DNA of 64,000 bases, taken from IMG/VR virus record IMGVR_UViG_3300023202_000142, positions 121,325 to 185,324 of that record. One strand, written 5' to 3'. The DNA is from a virus. Below, in pieces: positions 45,563-53,648 of the stretch. How positions within the stretch are numbered: position 1 is the first letter of the stretch; each line of letters begins with the position of its first letter. Below the pieces are notes generated by a model. It made no database searches and was not told the DNA's origin. It worked only from the letters and a program-made list of their open reading frames with translations. The position numbers were made by a program, and so were the translations under genes.

Positions 45563-45789
45563 TGGCAAACAAAGCCAGGTCTGAGATCGCAGCTCGGGTG
45601 GGGTCGTTTGCTGAGGGCGGTGCCCGCATCTTGTTCCTCCGGGGCGATGTTTGGGCGAAACTTGACGAGCTTGCCGGGGCGAGAGGAATGACCGCAGAGC
45701 AGCTCTTTGGGCTCTGCGTGCTGTTTGCTATTGAGTACCCTGATGAGGTGACAGGCATCGATCCCGGTGACGTCATGGACTCCATCTGA
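45562..45789 (+). CDS. small protein, possible ribbon-helix-helix DNA binder
   Basis: GTG overlapping TAG; ILFLRGDVWAKLDELAGARGMTAEQL. Confidence 0.45.
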   Translation: MANKARSEIAARVGSFAEGGARILFLRGDVWAKLDELAGARGMTAEQLFGLCVLFAIEYPDEVTGIDPGDVMDSI

Positions 45790-45826
45790 CGTTGTCTCGC
45801 CCCGGTTTCCGGCGTACGCTTCCCGC

Positions 45827-46849
45827 ATGCTTTTCGAACGGAACATCCAGAAAACGGAAACGGGTCATACCGTTTTGTTTGAGTTCCCGGTCACCGTGGC
45901 GCCATCGAAGGGCCTCCTGAAGCGCCTCAAGGGGCCTCTGGGCAAATGGGTGACGATTCGAGACGTTGTGTACCGACCCAGGAGAGAACGTCTGGAGCTG
46001 TACGTCAGCGGCCCCGTGGCGCCCGAGGATATTGCCACAATTGTCGAGTCTGAGTTGTCTCGCAAGCTGCGGCGAGACCGTGAGTGGGCCAGGGTGTTCG
46101 GGAACATCAACTGGCGCCGCGACGTCGGCGTTGACATCCTGGAAGGTATTGTTTTTCAGGTCGACGTTCTCTTGGAGCGACAGGCGCTAACCAAGACGAA
46201 CATTTGTTCGACGTCGACCAGGAAAGCGCGCTCGGTCGCTGAAAAGTTCTTTGCCGCCCGCGGTGACACCGTCGACGAGGTGTTTGGCGACTTCGACAAG
46301 TCTTTTGCGGCCCTGAAGCGGACCTGCCAAAAAGCGCTTGATCTCCCTCGGTTCAAGATGCCGGTCATCGAACCCGAGGACATGAAGGATTTTCATCGAC
46401 GCCTCAAGACGGGGAGGCTCGACATCTTTCAGCCCTGGGCGCGTGGTCATCTGTTTACGCCCGAGAAGATTTCGCCGTCGCGAGGTGGTGATGAGTGGGT
46501 CACTCTGGGATTCCAGGACGGCGAGATCCGGGACGATGTCGTCAAGGCCCGTTGGACGCGCATCGCGGCCAAGAAGTTGTTGCCGACACAGTCGCAGATC
46601 TGGTTGGAGAAGGTGCTCAACGATATTGTCGACTGGGGCCGACCACACCCCTGGTCGGGCGCCACAGAGCGAACCATTATCACTTCGAAGGAAGGCTATA
46701 TCCTTGATGGCCACCATCGATGGACTCGGGTTTACCTGACGAACTGGGATGCCAAGATGAAGGTGCTCCAGGTCCCGATCGACATTGATACCCTTGTCGA
46801 CGTCGGCCGCACCTATGGCCTCGCCATCGGAAACACGCCGAATCGATAG
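45827..46849 (+). CDS. two-domain protein with C-terminal ParB/sulfiredoxin-like domain
   Basis: KLLPTQSQI..IITSKEGYILDGHHRW; internal VDVLLE|R site; start uncertain (45767 or 45827). Confidence 0.7.
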   Translation: MLFERNIQKTETGHTVLFEFPVTVAPSKGLLKRLKGPLGKWVTIRDVVYRPRRERLELYVSGPVAPEDIATIVESELSRKLRRDREWARVFGNINWRRDVGVDILEGIVFQVDVLLERQALTKTNICSTSTRKARSVAEKFFAARGDTVDEVFGDFDKSFAALKRTCQKALDLPRFKMPVIEPEDMKDFHRRLKTGRLDIFQPWARGHLFTPEKISPSRGGDEWVTLGFQDGEIRDDVVKARWTRIAAKKLLPTQSQIWLEKVLNDIVDWGRPHPWSGATERTIITSKEGYILDGHHRWTRVYLTNWDAKMKVLQVPIDIDTLVDVGRTYGLAIGNTPNR

Positions 46850-46857
46850 ACCACCTC

Positions 46858-46919
46858 TTGACTGTGTGCACAGCGTGCACATATTGTCAGTGCTCCGGGA
46901 GAGACCACCCCGCTCTCCC
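46858..46919 (+). promoter_or_regulatory. promoter P2 (TTGACT-GTGTGCACAGCGTGCA-CATATT) plus 5' hairpin GGGAGAG/CTCTCCC
   Basis: Read directly. Confidence 0.85.
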
Positions 46920-46938
46920 CTGCCAAGAGGAGGTAGCG

Positions 46939-47148
46939 ATGACCACTCGAACGAAGAACTCTCCCCCCGCATGGATGATGGCTGAGCACAACGCCCGTGA
47001 GCGCGATCGCGCCTGGGATGCTGCTCGACCTCGCGTCCGCGCGACGATGTATGCTCCGGGCCGCGACGAAACTGTGGTCGAGGACCCGCGGAGCCACACC
47101 CCGGTCGAAGAGCCTTCGGTCCGCGGTGTCACCACGATGAAAATGTGA
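46939..47148 (+). CDS. small early hypothetical protein
   Basis: GAGGAGGTAGCG ATG. Confidence 0.6.
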   Translation: MTTRTKNSPPAWMMAEHNARERDRAWDAARPRVRATMYAPGRDETVVEDPRSHTPVEEPSVRGVTTMKM

Positions 47149-47170
47149 ACCCCACACGAGGAGGTAGTAA

Positions 47171-47464
47171 ATGGACGCACGAAACCGAAATCTCGCTGAT
47201 TACAGTGAGCACACGAATCGCAGTCATTACGACGCGCTGACCAGTGGCGCGACGAATGACGGGTACGACGACCCCGTGGAATGGATTCGGGAGGAGGGCG
47301 CCGTGTATGCCTGCGAGGAGTATGGCGTCGACCTGGATTGGCTGGTGGGTGAGTATCCCGAACTGGCTGATGACATCGAGGCCGACATCCGCGCCGAAGA
47401 GAAGGCGCGAGCCCTGGTGGGATGGACTGAGCGATCCTGCGGAATGTTCATGGCCGATCTGTGA
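47171..47464 (+). CDS. acidic early hypothetical protein
   Basis: GAGGAGGTAGTAA ATG. Confidence 0.7.
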   Translation: MDARNRNLADYSEHTNRSHYDALTSGATNDGYDDPVEWIREEGAVYACEEYGVDLDWLVGEYPELADDIEADIRAEEKARALVGWTERSCGMFMADL

Positions 47465-47553
47465 GCCTGACTGCACCCGGGTGCGAATCTCGGGCTTGAT
47501 TTGGAGCCACCCCGGGTTGACAATGCGCGACATGTCCCTCAGAGGAGAAAGAC

Positions 47554-47943
47554 ATGGACGCAGAAATCAGCCCGTGGGTGGTTCTTCTTACTGACGCCAT
47601 CATTCCGTTGGCCGTCGTGTTTCTGACCCCGCTTCTGATCGCCCTGGCAAACAGGGCGATCGCGGCCTTTCAGGAGAAGACAAAGGTCGAACTGTCGAAG
47701 GAGCAGCGTGCTGCAATGGAGCAGGCGGTTCATGAGGCGATTCACTACGCCGAGGAACAGGCCAGGAAAGCGCTGAAGGGCGACAAGGAACTCGATGGTG
47801 AATCGAAGATGCAGGCTGCTCTCGACTACCTGAAGGCCAAGGCCGACGTCCTGGAGCTGGATGACCTTACCGAGGCTCAGGCGGACAAGCTGGCAGCCCT
47901 CGTCGAAGCTAAACTGTATCGAGAGCGCAAGGAATTGGAATGA
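47554..47943 (+). CDS. LL-H-family-like phage holin
   Basis: One N-terminal TM, then AV.EAI.YAEEQ, G.SK..AA..Y, IEA.+-type C-terminus. Confidence 0.65.
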   Translation: MDAEISPWVVLLTDAIIPLAVVFLTPLLIALANRAIAAFQEKTKVELSKEQRAAMEQAVHEAIHYAEEQARKALKGDKELDGESKMQAALDYLKAKADVLELDDLTEAQADKLAALVEAKLYRERKELE

Positions 47944-48368
47944 GCATCGAGACACTGATTGAAGGCTATGTTCTCGGGGAGGCTTCGCTTCGCCAGACCT
48001 ATGACAAGGCCGGCAAAGAGGCCAAAAAGAACTTCGAGGACCCCCGGGCCGCCAAGAAGGTGATCATCGATCTCGCCAAGAGATCCCACTGGGTCTACGA
48101 CTTCATGAAAAAGCTCTCCACCAACCTGGAGCGCTCGAAGCGAGGCTCGGCGGCAGCAGGCGCTTTCCCTCATGAGCCGAACCGCAAGGTCACGAAGATG
48201 TATGATGACCTGCTCAACTTGTTCGTCGACGTGAGGACGGCTCTCAAGAGGAAGGGGTTCGCCAGTGACGAGCGAAATGATCGCATGCAGGAGATGCTGC
48301 AGCGAGTTCAGAAGGGCGACCTTCTACAACGCGAGACCGCCAAGAAGCTGCTTCGCAAGATGTACTGA
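47940..48368 (+). CDS. basic protein with putative head-targeting leader
   Basis: MSIETLIEGYVLGE|A then K/R-rich helical domain. Confidence 0.6.
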   Translation: MSIETLIEGYVLGEASLRQTYDKAGKEAKKNFEDPRAAKKVIIDLAKRSHWVYDFMKKLSTNLERSKRGSAAAGAFPHEPNRKVTKMYDDLLNLFVDVRTALKRKGFASDERNDRMQEMLQRVQKGDLLQRETAKKLLRKMY

Positions 48369-48388
48369 CGGCGGACGACGAGGAAGCG

Positions 48389-48874
48389 ATGACCCAGACC
48401 GGATTCACTGGTCACCCACGCTTTGGTCTCAGCGATGACCCCGGGGACTACGAGGACGACGACATGGAAGAAAGCCTGGTACAACGCATTGAAAGCCTGC
48501 TGACCCCGTCTCCTGCCAACGGAGACCTCGTCGTAGGCATCAGGAACCACCAGGTCCGTGTGTGGCGCGTCGAGGGCACTGAGCGCAATCTGGTGGCCTA
48601 CAGCGACACTCATGGCGGCACCAGGTATTTCAACCATGTCAGCCCTGCGGCGTCGACGGTGGCGCCTGATTTCACCGAGGCTAGAGCGGTGCGCAATGGT
48701 GGCGCCTCGGAGCTTCTCCAGCACTACGCGCCCGATCTCTTCGAGCGGGCCAATGAGGTCTGGGTTGAAGGTGAGGACGAAAAGGACGACGAAGGCAAGG
48801 CGCTGCAGCCCAAGAAGAAACTGAAGCGGCGCAGAAAGAAGACCAAGAGCAAGGTCGATGAAGGTTGGGGTTGA
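48389..48874 (+). CDS. hypothetical protein with ESLVQRIESLL motif and basic C-tail
   Basis: GAGGA RBS; KKKLKRRRKKTKSK. Confidence 0.6.
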   Translation: MTQTGFTGHPRFGLSDDPGDYEDDDMEESLVQRIESLLTPSPANGDLVVGIRNHQVRVWRVEGTERNLVAYSDTHGGTRYFNHVSPAASTVAPDFTEARAVRNGGASELLQHYAPDLFERANEVWVEGEDEKDDEGKALQPKKKLKRRRKKTKSKVDEGWG

Positions 48875-48899
48875 CAGCGTGCACGGAGTTCACTAGATC
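48871..48899 (+). promoter_or_regulatory. promoter-like P3 (TTGACA-GCGTGCACGGAGTTCAC-TAGAT)
   Basis: Family spacer present; weaker -10. Confidence 0.6.
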
Positions 48900-48908
48900 T
48901 GGTCCTGT

Positions 48909-49010
48909 CACGAGTGAGATCGGATGGTGATCCGGCTGCCAGTTCCCGGCAACACACTGGGATGCGTACCTAGCGGGTACGAAGGGGCTCGAAACCCCAG
49001 CTCGTGCTGA
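48909..49010 (+). ncRNA. putative tRNA-like cloverleaf / structured RNA
   Basis: CACGAG(T)/(G)CTCGTG closing stem; CGGAT-GGTG-ATCCG, CCAGT/ACTGG, CGTACC/GGTACG and GGGG-CTCGAAA-CCCC arms; no canonical anticodon loop or CCA. Confidence 0.45.
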
Positions 49011-49155
49011 GCCCGGGGCTCGGGGCCCTGCAATCCCCCCACCCCGTCGTCGAGTGCAGCGGGCATCGGCGCGCACGAGCCCTGGGCTTTCTTCACACCT
49101 TGTCTCGAAACAGTGATGCGGCGATGATGCCTCGTGTTGTCGACACGGGAGCGTC

Positions 49156-49434
49156 ATGCTGGTTTCTTACGTCCAAGCCCTTCTCGAAAAGAAGATGTCG
49201 CCGTTCAAGCGCAAGGATACGCTGAACGACGGCCCTAGGGGCGGCGAGAACGCCAAGGCGAGCAAGTGGGACTGCAAGTGCAAAAACTACAAGTGCACGT
49301 GCACAGATGATGAGGGCAACAAGAAGTCCTTCAAGATCAAGAAGGGCTACAAAAAGAAGTACAACAGAGAGTACAAGGGGCACATGCCGTACAAGCGTTG
49401 GCGCTCCAAGGTGCGAAAGGACAGGGATGGGTGA
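49156..49434 (+). CDS. very basic Cys-cluster protein with putative head-targeting leader
   Basis: MLVSYVQALLE|KK; CKCKNYKCTC; Lys/Tyr-rich. Confidence 0.65.
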   Translation: MLVSYVQALLEKKMSPFKRKDTLNDGPRGGENAKASKWDCKCKNYKCTCTDDEGNKKSFKIKKGYKKKYNREYKGHMPYKRWRSKVRKDRDG

Positions 49435-49762
49435 GATAACCGAGACGGTCGATCGCGTATTGACCGAGCGTGCCCTGAAGGGTTCTGTGGATGTCGCGAA
49501 GGCGAAGCTGTTGGAGCCCAGGGATGTCTTCGGTCGCCAGACGCGTAAGAAGGTGAAATCCGCTCAGATCTGGTCCAGGTACAACTTTGAACTGGACGGC
49601 GGTGCGACTGTCGAGCTTAGGCCGTCGACCAAGGCTGGTAGGTTCAACGCTAAGGTCCAGACTCCTGGTTCTGCCAAGGATCTGACGTTCCTGGGCAAGA
49701 CCCCCAAGGAGCTGCGGAAGATATTTGGGGACCCGGCGGTCCGCGTCAGAATGAAGGTGTGA
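49427..49762 (+). CDS. basic protein with putative head-targeting leader
   Basis: MGEITETVDRVLTE|RA. Confidence 0.6.
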   Translation: MGEITETVDRVLTERALKGSVDVAKAKLLEPRDVFGRQTRKKVKSAQIWSRYNFELDGGATVELRPSTKAGRFNAKVQTPGSAKDLTFLGKTPKELRKIFGDPAVRVRMKV

Positions 49763-49763
49763 G

Positions 49764-50948
49764 ATGGTAGTCGAAGACGTGCAGGTGCTCTTGGAGCGAA
49801 TGTCTCCCCAGGAGGCTCGACGCATTCTCGGGCTCAGTGGTGGGTATCCGTCCAAGGACGAGGTTCAGAAGGCGTGGAAGAAACTGGCCTTCAAGAATCA
49901 CCCGGATCGAGGCGGCGACCCCGACAAAATGTCGAAGATCAACCAGGCACGCGATGTCCTGCTTGGCAAGACGAGTCGTCGCCCTGGAGGGTCGACGCGG
50001 TCATCGACGTCGTCGAACTGGAAGCCTTCGGGCTCAAGTTCCAGCAGGCAGAAGCGCAAAAAACCTGAACCGCCACCTCAAGCGCCCGGAGAGGACCTGA
50101 AGACGGCGATGCGGGCGATGCCTCATGGTGTTGAGTGGATGTTCAGGACTGAGCGCCTGGTGTCCACTGAGCGCAGGTATGCGACGGCGCCAGACGGCTC
50201 GACATACTCACGCGAGATTGAGGGCGTGATCCTCTACGGCCAGACTGGATCTCATCACGTTTTCCTGTCCCTGAAGCGGACGATTCACAAGACTCGTGGC
50301 GGCAGCTCGAATCGGGGCCACGAGGTGTTCGTGACGACATCGCCGCTTCGAACAGATCTTCAGAGGTTCGGGCTCAAGACGATCAAGAGCCTCAAAGATC
50401 ACATGGGGCTCAAGAACTCTGGTCGTCTCCAGTTCTATCGAATCTCGACCGAGGGCGTGAAGAAAGCGGTGACCAGGGGCCAGGCTGGAGACATCCTCTA
50501 CGGGCCGACAGGGGCCTCGAAGACGAAGTTCAGCTTCAAGGGTGTCGTCGAGGCCGCAACGGGCGATGGTGGCCCCAGCGGTGGTGACAGGAAGCACCAG
50601 GTCGAAATGGTTGGCAAAGGGCTGGTCGGCGATGAGTTCGATAAGCGCAAAGAACGGTTCGGCCGCACCAACCGGGTGACGGGTTCAAGGTGGACGATCT
50701 TCGTTGACGGCAAGGAGGTCCGAGAACTCACGGTTGACGAAATCGAGGCCCTGGTTGGTAAGCACTGGTTCGATGCTGTCTACAGCTCCAACAAGTACTT
50801 CGGTGAGCGCGTCAACATCACACGTAAGCGAGGTGGTGGTCGCATGCGTGCCCCCAGCGGAAAGAGGATGCTGAAGATGTTGGCCGACAATCTCGAAGCC
50901 GGGCAGCTCAAACGGTACGTTGAGGCGACGGTCCGTGCGTTCGGCTGA
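49764..50948 (+). CDS. J-domain (DnaJ-like, HPD) protein with long basic C-terminal region
   Basis: ARRILGL..EVQKAWKKLAFKNHPDRGGDPDKMSKINQARDVL. Confidence 0.85.
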   Translation: MVVEDVQVLLERMSPQEARRILGLSGGYPSKDEVQKAWKKLAFKNHPDRGGDPDKMSKINQARDVLLGKTSRRPGGSTRSSTSSNWKPSGSSSSRQKRKKPEPPPQAPGEDLKTAMRAMPHGVEWMFRTERLVSTERRYATAPDGSTYSREIEGVILYGQTGSHHVFLSLKRTIHKTRGGSSNRGHEVFVTTSPLRTDLQRFGLKTIKSLKDHMGLKNSGRLQFYRISTEGVKKAVTRGQAGDILYGPTGASKTKFSFKGVVEAATGDGGPSGGDRKHQVEMVGKGLVGDEFDKRKERFGRTNRVTGSRWTIFVDGKEVRELTVDEIEALVGKHWFDAVYSSNKYFGERVNITRKRGGGRMRAPSGKRMLKMLADNLEAGQLKRYVEATVRAFG

Positions 50949-50949
50949 C

Positions 50950-51014
50950 TTGACTATGTGAATTGCGTGCACATATTCTCCTTGCGGAGGTTTCGACCCA
51001 GACCCCGCGAGGAG
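50950..51014 (+). promoter_or_regulatory. promoter P4 (TTGACT-ATGTGAATTGCGTGCA-CATATT) plus 10-bp hairpin overlapping RBS
   Basis: CTCCTTGCGG (50978-87) pairs with CCGCGAGGAG (51005-14). Confidence 0.8.
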
Positions 51015-51019
51015 GTAGC

Positions 51020-51361
51020 ATGATTCACGCAGACGAGACCGTCAGAAAGGCGATCTACCGTCGAACCCGGTATTGCAACGACGGCGTCTATTACACGCTG
51101 GCGGCCACCAAGAGACACAACACGATCGACAAGGCGCGGTCCTATCGCGCCAGACGTCTCGCTAAGCGCAGCGTCAAGCTCACGGGGCGCGATGCCTGGG
51201 TGCTCGGTCGACTCGAAGCTGGCTGGGTGCCGATGTGGCGCTACACGAGACGCTACGACTCCGACGGTGGCAGGGTTGAGGATCGCGTCCTCACCGCGGT
51301 TCCGCCGGACACCCACCTTCGAGCGGTCAGTTCGAAGCCCGGGTATCGGAAACGGGCTTGA
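51020..51361 (+). CDS. Arg-rich early hypothetical protein
   Basis: GAGGAGGTAGC ATG. Confidence 0.65.
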   Translation: MIHADETVRKAIYRRTRYCNDGVYYTLAATKRHNTIDKARSYRARRLAKRSVKLTGRDAWVLGRLEAGWVPMWRYTRRYDSDGGRVEDRVLTAVPPDTHLRAVSSKPGYRKRA

Positions 51362-51416
51362 CACCGTGCACAGCGTGCACATACTGAAGGTGCCGGGGCG
51401 GTTACCCCACCGTCCC
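51358..51416 (+). promoter_or_regulatory. promoter P5 (TTGACA-CCGTGCACAGCGTGCA-CATACT) plus hairpin with TACCCC loop
   Basis: Read directly. Confidence 0.85.
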
Positions 51417-51432
51417 CACTGAGGAGGTAGCG

Positions 51433-51693
51433 ATGGAGGAACTTTTCGAGAAATTGATTGCCGCGGGTTTCATCAGGACCTCGACTCTCGCGGTCAGCAC
51501 AGCCCGTTCCGATGAGCCCGGGTCCGTGATGGTCGACGGCATCACCTACGACGGTCACTTCGATCTCAATGTTTACGTCGCCAAGGACTCGCGAGATGAG
51601 TACGGAATCCGCGACCACCACCACCACCGGGTCGAAGGCGGCGCCGTCGACGAACTGGTGGCTGAGATCCTTGAGATCTGGGAGGCCGTCTGA
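51433..51693 (+). CDS. early hypothetical protein
   Basis: GAGGAGGTAGCG ATG. Confidence 0.7.
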   Translation: MEELFEKLIAAGFIRTSTLAVSTARSDEPGSVMVDGITYDGHFDLNVYVAKDSRDEYGIRDHHHHRVEGGAVDELVAEILEIWEAV

Positions 51694-51971
51694 TGGGTGT
51701 TCGACGAGACGCACGATTCTGGGCACGCCACTTCATCGAGGAAGATGGCAACCACTTCTCAATGCCGGTCGATCGGTACGTCGAGATGCTCGACGACCAC
51801 CGTGAGTTCGTGATCGATGGTGACGACATCAGTCGCGGAGACTACGTGTTCCGGCATCTCGCCTACTCTACCCTGGTCGGTGCCGTTCGGGCAGCCGCCC
51901 GGGAGATGAGCAGGTATGACGCAGACTCAGACGAGGTAACCCCACCACCACGAGGAGGTAGCAATGGCTGA
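51693..51971 (+). CDS. early hypothetical protein
   Basis: TGATG coupling. Confidence 0.6.
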   Translation: MGVRRDARFWARHFIEEDGNHFSMPVDRYVEMLDDHREFVIDGDDISRGDYVFRHLAYSTLVGAVRAAAREMSRYDADSDEVTPPPRGGSNG

Positions 51972-52356
51972 ACTCATTCATAAATACACTCGCGCCCAGG
52001 CCATCGAGGATGGCGTCCTCGTTGATGTCAACGAGATGGCCACCGAGGCCGGGATCACCTTTCACGCCGCGATGACGTCGTCACTCTACGATGTCATGGT
52101 CCCCACCGACGCAATGGACGGCTACGGCCAGTCCGTCGAGGGTCGTCTCTGGGATTGTTTGTGGATGCTCCACATGGCGATTCGCGGATCGATCCCCTCG
52201 ACCGTCGAGAGCTACGGTCCTGGCCAGGAGCTGCGTTACAAGTTCCTGGCTCTGAACGACGACCTCGAAACAGTCGAGGTTGAGGTCAAGGCCATTACGG
52301 GACCCGGTGACAACATGGAGCCGGTCATCACGCTGATGCACCCGCACGAAGACTAA
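51964..52356 (+). CDS. DUF6573-like mobile-element protein
   Basis: YTRAQAIEDGVLVDV..A.EAG..GQS.EGRLWD.L.M recognised from memory. Confidence 0.6.
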   Translation: MAELIHKYTRAQAIEDGVLVDVNEMATEAGITFHAAMTSSLYDVMVPTDAMDGYGQSVEGRLWDCLWMLHMAIRGSIPSTVESYGPGQELRYKFLALNDDLETVEVEVKAITGPGDNMEPVITLMHPHED

Positions 52357-52367
52357 CGGAGGACTCA

Positions 52368-52949
52368 ATGACTATGAAAACGATTCTGCTGGACGTAGAC
52401 GGCGTCTTGGCCAACTGGATGAAGTCAGCATGTCGTGCCATCGGCGAGGACTACAGCGCCATCATGGGTCGCTTTGACGAGGTCGACTTCGACAGTCGCG
52501 GCGAGCACTGGGGAATCGAGGCGCTGGGCGACATCGACCCCGGTGAACTCTGGGATGCCATTCACGCCGAGGGACGTTCGTTCTGGGCGGAGCTGGAGCC
52601 CTACCCCTGGGCGATCGAGCTTTACGAGGCATGTCGCGCCGAGGCCCCGACGTACATCCTGACCAGTCCGTCTCGACATCACTCGTCGCCGGCAGGAAAG
52701 GTCGAGTGGATGGATCGTCACCTCGGTGGTGGCGAACCCTTCCGGGATTTCCTGATTGGGTCCCCAAAGGAACTCTGCGCCCGCCCGGGCTCACTCCTCA
52801 TCGATGACCGCCCAAGGAATTGCGACCGATTCCGACGCGCCGGCGGTTCGGCGATCTTGTTTCCGACTCCCTGGAATCATCACTGTGAACATGCCAGTGA
52901 CCCATTGGCATTCGTTATGCCCCGCATCAAGCATTGGCTCGCGGGTTGA
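52368..52949 (+). CDS. HAD-superfamily 5'(3')-deoxyribonucleotidase (NT5C-like)
   Basis: LLDVDGVLANW, ILTSP, GKVEWM..H, K..LLIDD. Confidence 0.85.
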   Translation: MTMKTILLDVDGVLANWMKSACRAIGEDYSAIMGRFDEVDFDSRGEHWGIEALGDIDPGELWDAIHAEGRSFWAELEPYPWAIELYEACRAEAPTYILTSPSRHHSSPAGKVEWMDRHLGGGEPFRDFLIGSPKELCARPGSLLIDDRPRNCDRFRRAGGSAILFPTPWNHHCEHASDPLAFVMPRIKHWLAG

Positions 52950-52988
52950 CAGCGTGCACTACGTGCACATACTTTGGGTGCCCACCCA
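52946..52988 (+). promoter_or_regulatory. promoter P6 (TTGACA-GCGTGCACTACGTGCA-CATACT) plus TGGGT/ACCCA hairpin
   Basis: Read directly. Confidence 0.85.
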
Positions 52989-53012
52989 GCACACCACATA
53001 GGAGGTAGCGAC

Positions 53013-53648
53013 ATGAGCAAACGATACGAGAAATCCTACGGCGGGAAATACGATGCCGACCTCGACATTGTCGAGATCGCCAAGCGCGTGAAGAGTGAGA
53101 TCCGCGAGGCGAGCAAGAACGGTGATCTTCCTGAGATGAAGGTCTCGGTGACCACCGACCGCTACAGCGGCGGCCAGAGCCTCAGTGTCCGCATCAAGAC
53201 ACTCCCGGAGGGCTTCGAGGTTTGCAATCCAGAATACGTCGAGAAGATGGTCGAGAACCCCCATGGGTATGACCCGGTCCCCCGCTACAGCGAGAAGATG
53301 CGTGACGTCATCTCGAAGGTCGAGGGCATCGTTGGCGCCTACAACTACGACGGCTCCGATTCGATGATCGACTACTTCGACGTCAACTTCTACACCCACG
53401 TCAATCTCGATGATGATTCGAGCTACTTCCGGTCCGCCAAAGAAGCCTACATCGCGGCGAAGAACTCAGAACCCGAGTTCGACGACACCGTACTGGCGCG
53501 CCGGATTTCGTCCCTGATCGTCGAGGTCGACGATGTTCTCGCTGACATGGATGGCCATCCCCTGGCGGAAGAGGTCAGCCGGGCAGGTACCGCGCTTGAG
53601 CGGATCTACATCAAGATGACTGCTCACATGGAGGATGAAGCGGCATGA
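53013..53648 (+). CDS. LPD29-like (large polyvalent protein-associated) domain protein
   Basis: IAKRVK..K.SV..YSGG.S and YNYD.SD.M.DYFDVNFY; GGAGGTAGCG RBS. Confidence 0.6.
   Translation: MSKRYEKSYGGKYDADLDIVEIAKRVKSEIREASKNGDLPEMKVSVTTDRYSGGQSLSVRIKTLPEGFEVCNPEYVEKMVENPHGYDPVPRYSEKMRDVISKVEGIVGAYNYDGSDSMIDYFDVNFYTHVNLDDDSSYFRSAKEAYIAAKNSEPEFDDTVLARRISSLIVEVDDVLADMDGHPLAEEVSRAGTALERIYIKMTAHMEDEAA

Noticed and set aside
47473-47484. GCACCCGGGTGC palindrome
   Set aside because: Short GC-rich palindrome with no promoter geometry; likely chance or a terminator-like stem
48909-49010. Functional selC or other canonical tRNA
   Set aside because: No UCA or any 7-nt canonical anticodon loop, non-standard T loop, no CCA; kept only as tRNA-like
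49293-49304. Tandem GTGCACGTGCAC inside the 49156 gene as an operator
   Set aside because: No N3 spacing, no flanking -35/-10, and explained by Cys-Thr-Cys codons
50963-51019. Upstream extension MRAHILLAE of the 51020 gene as another leader
   Set aside because: It overlaps promoter P4; the strong RBS marks ATG 51020 as the start
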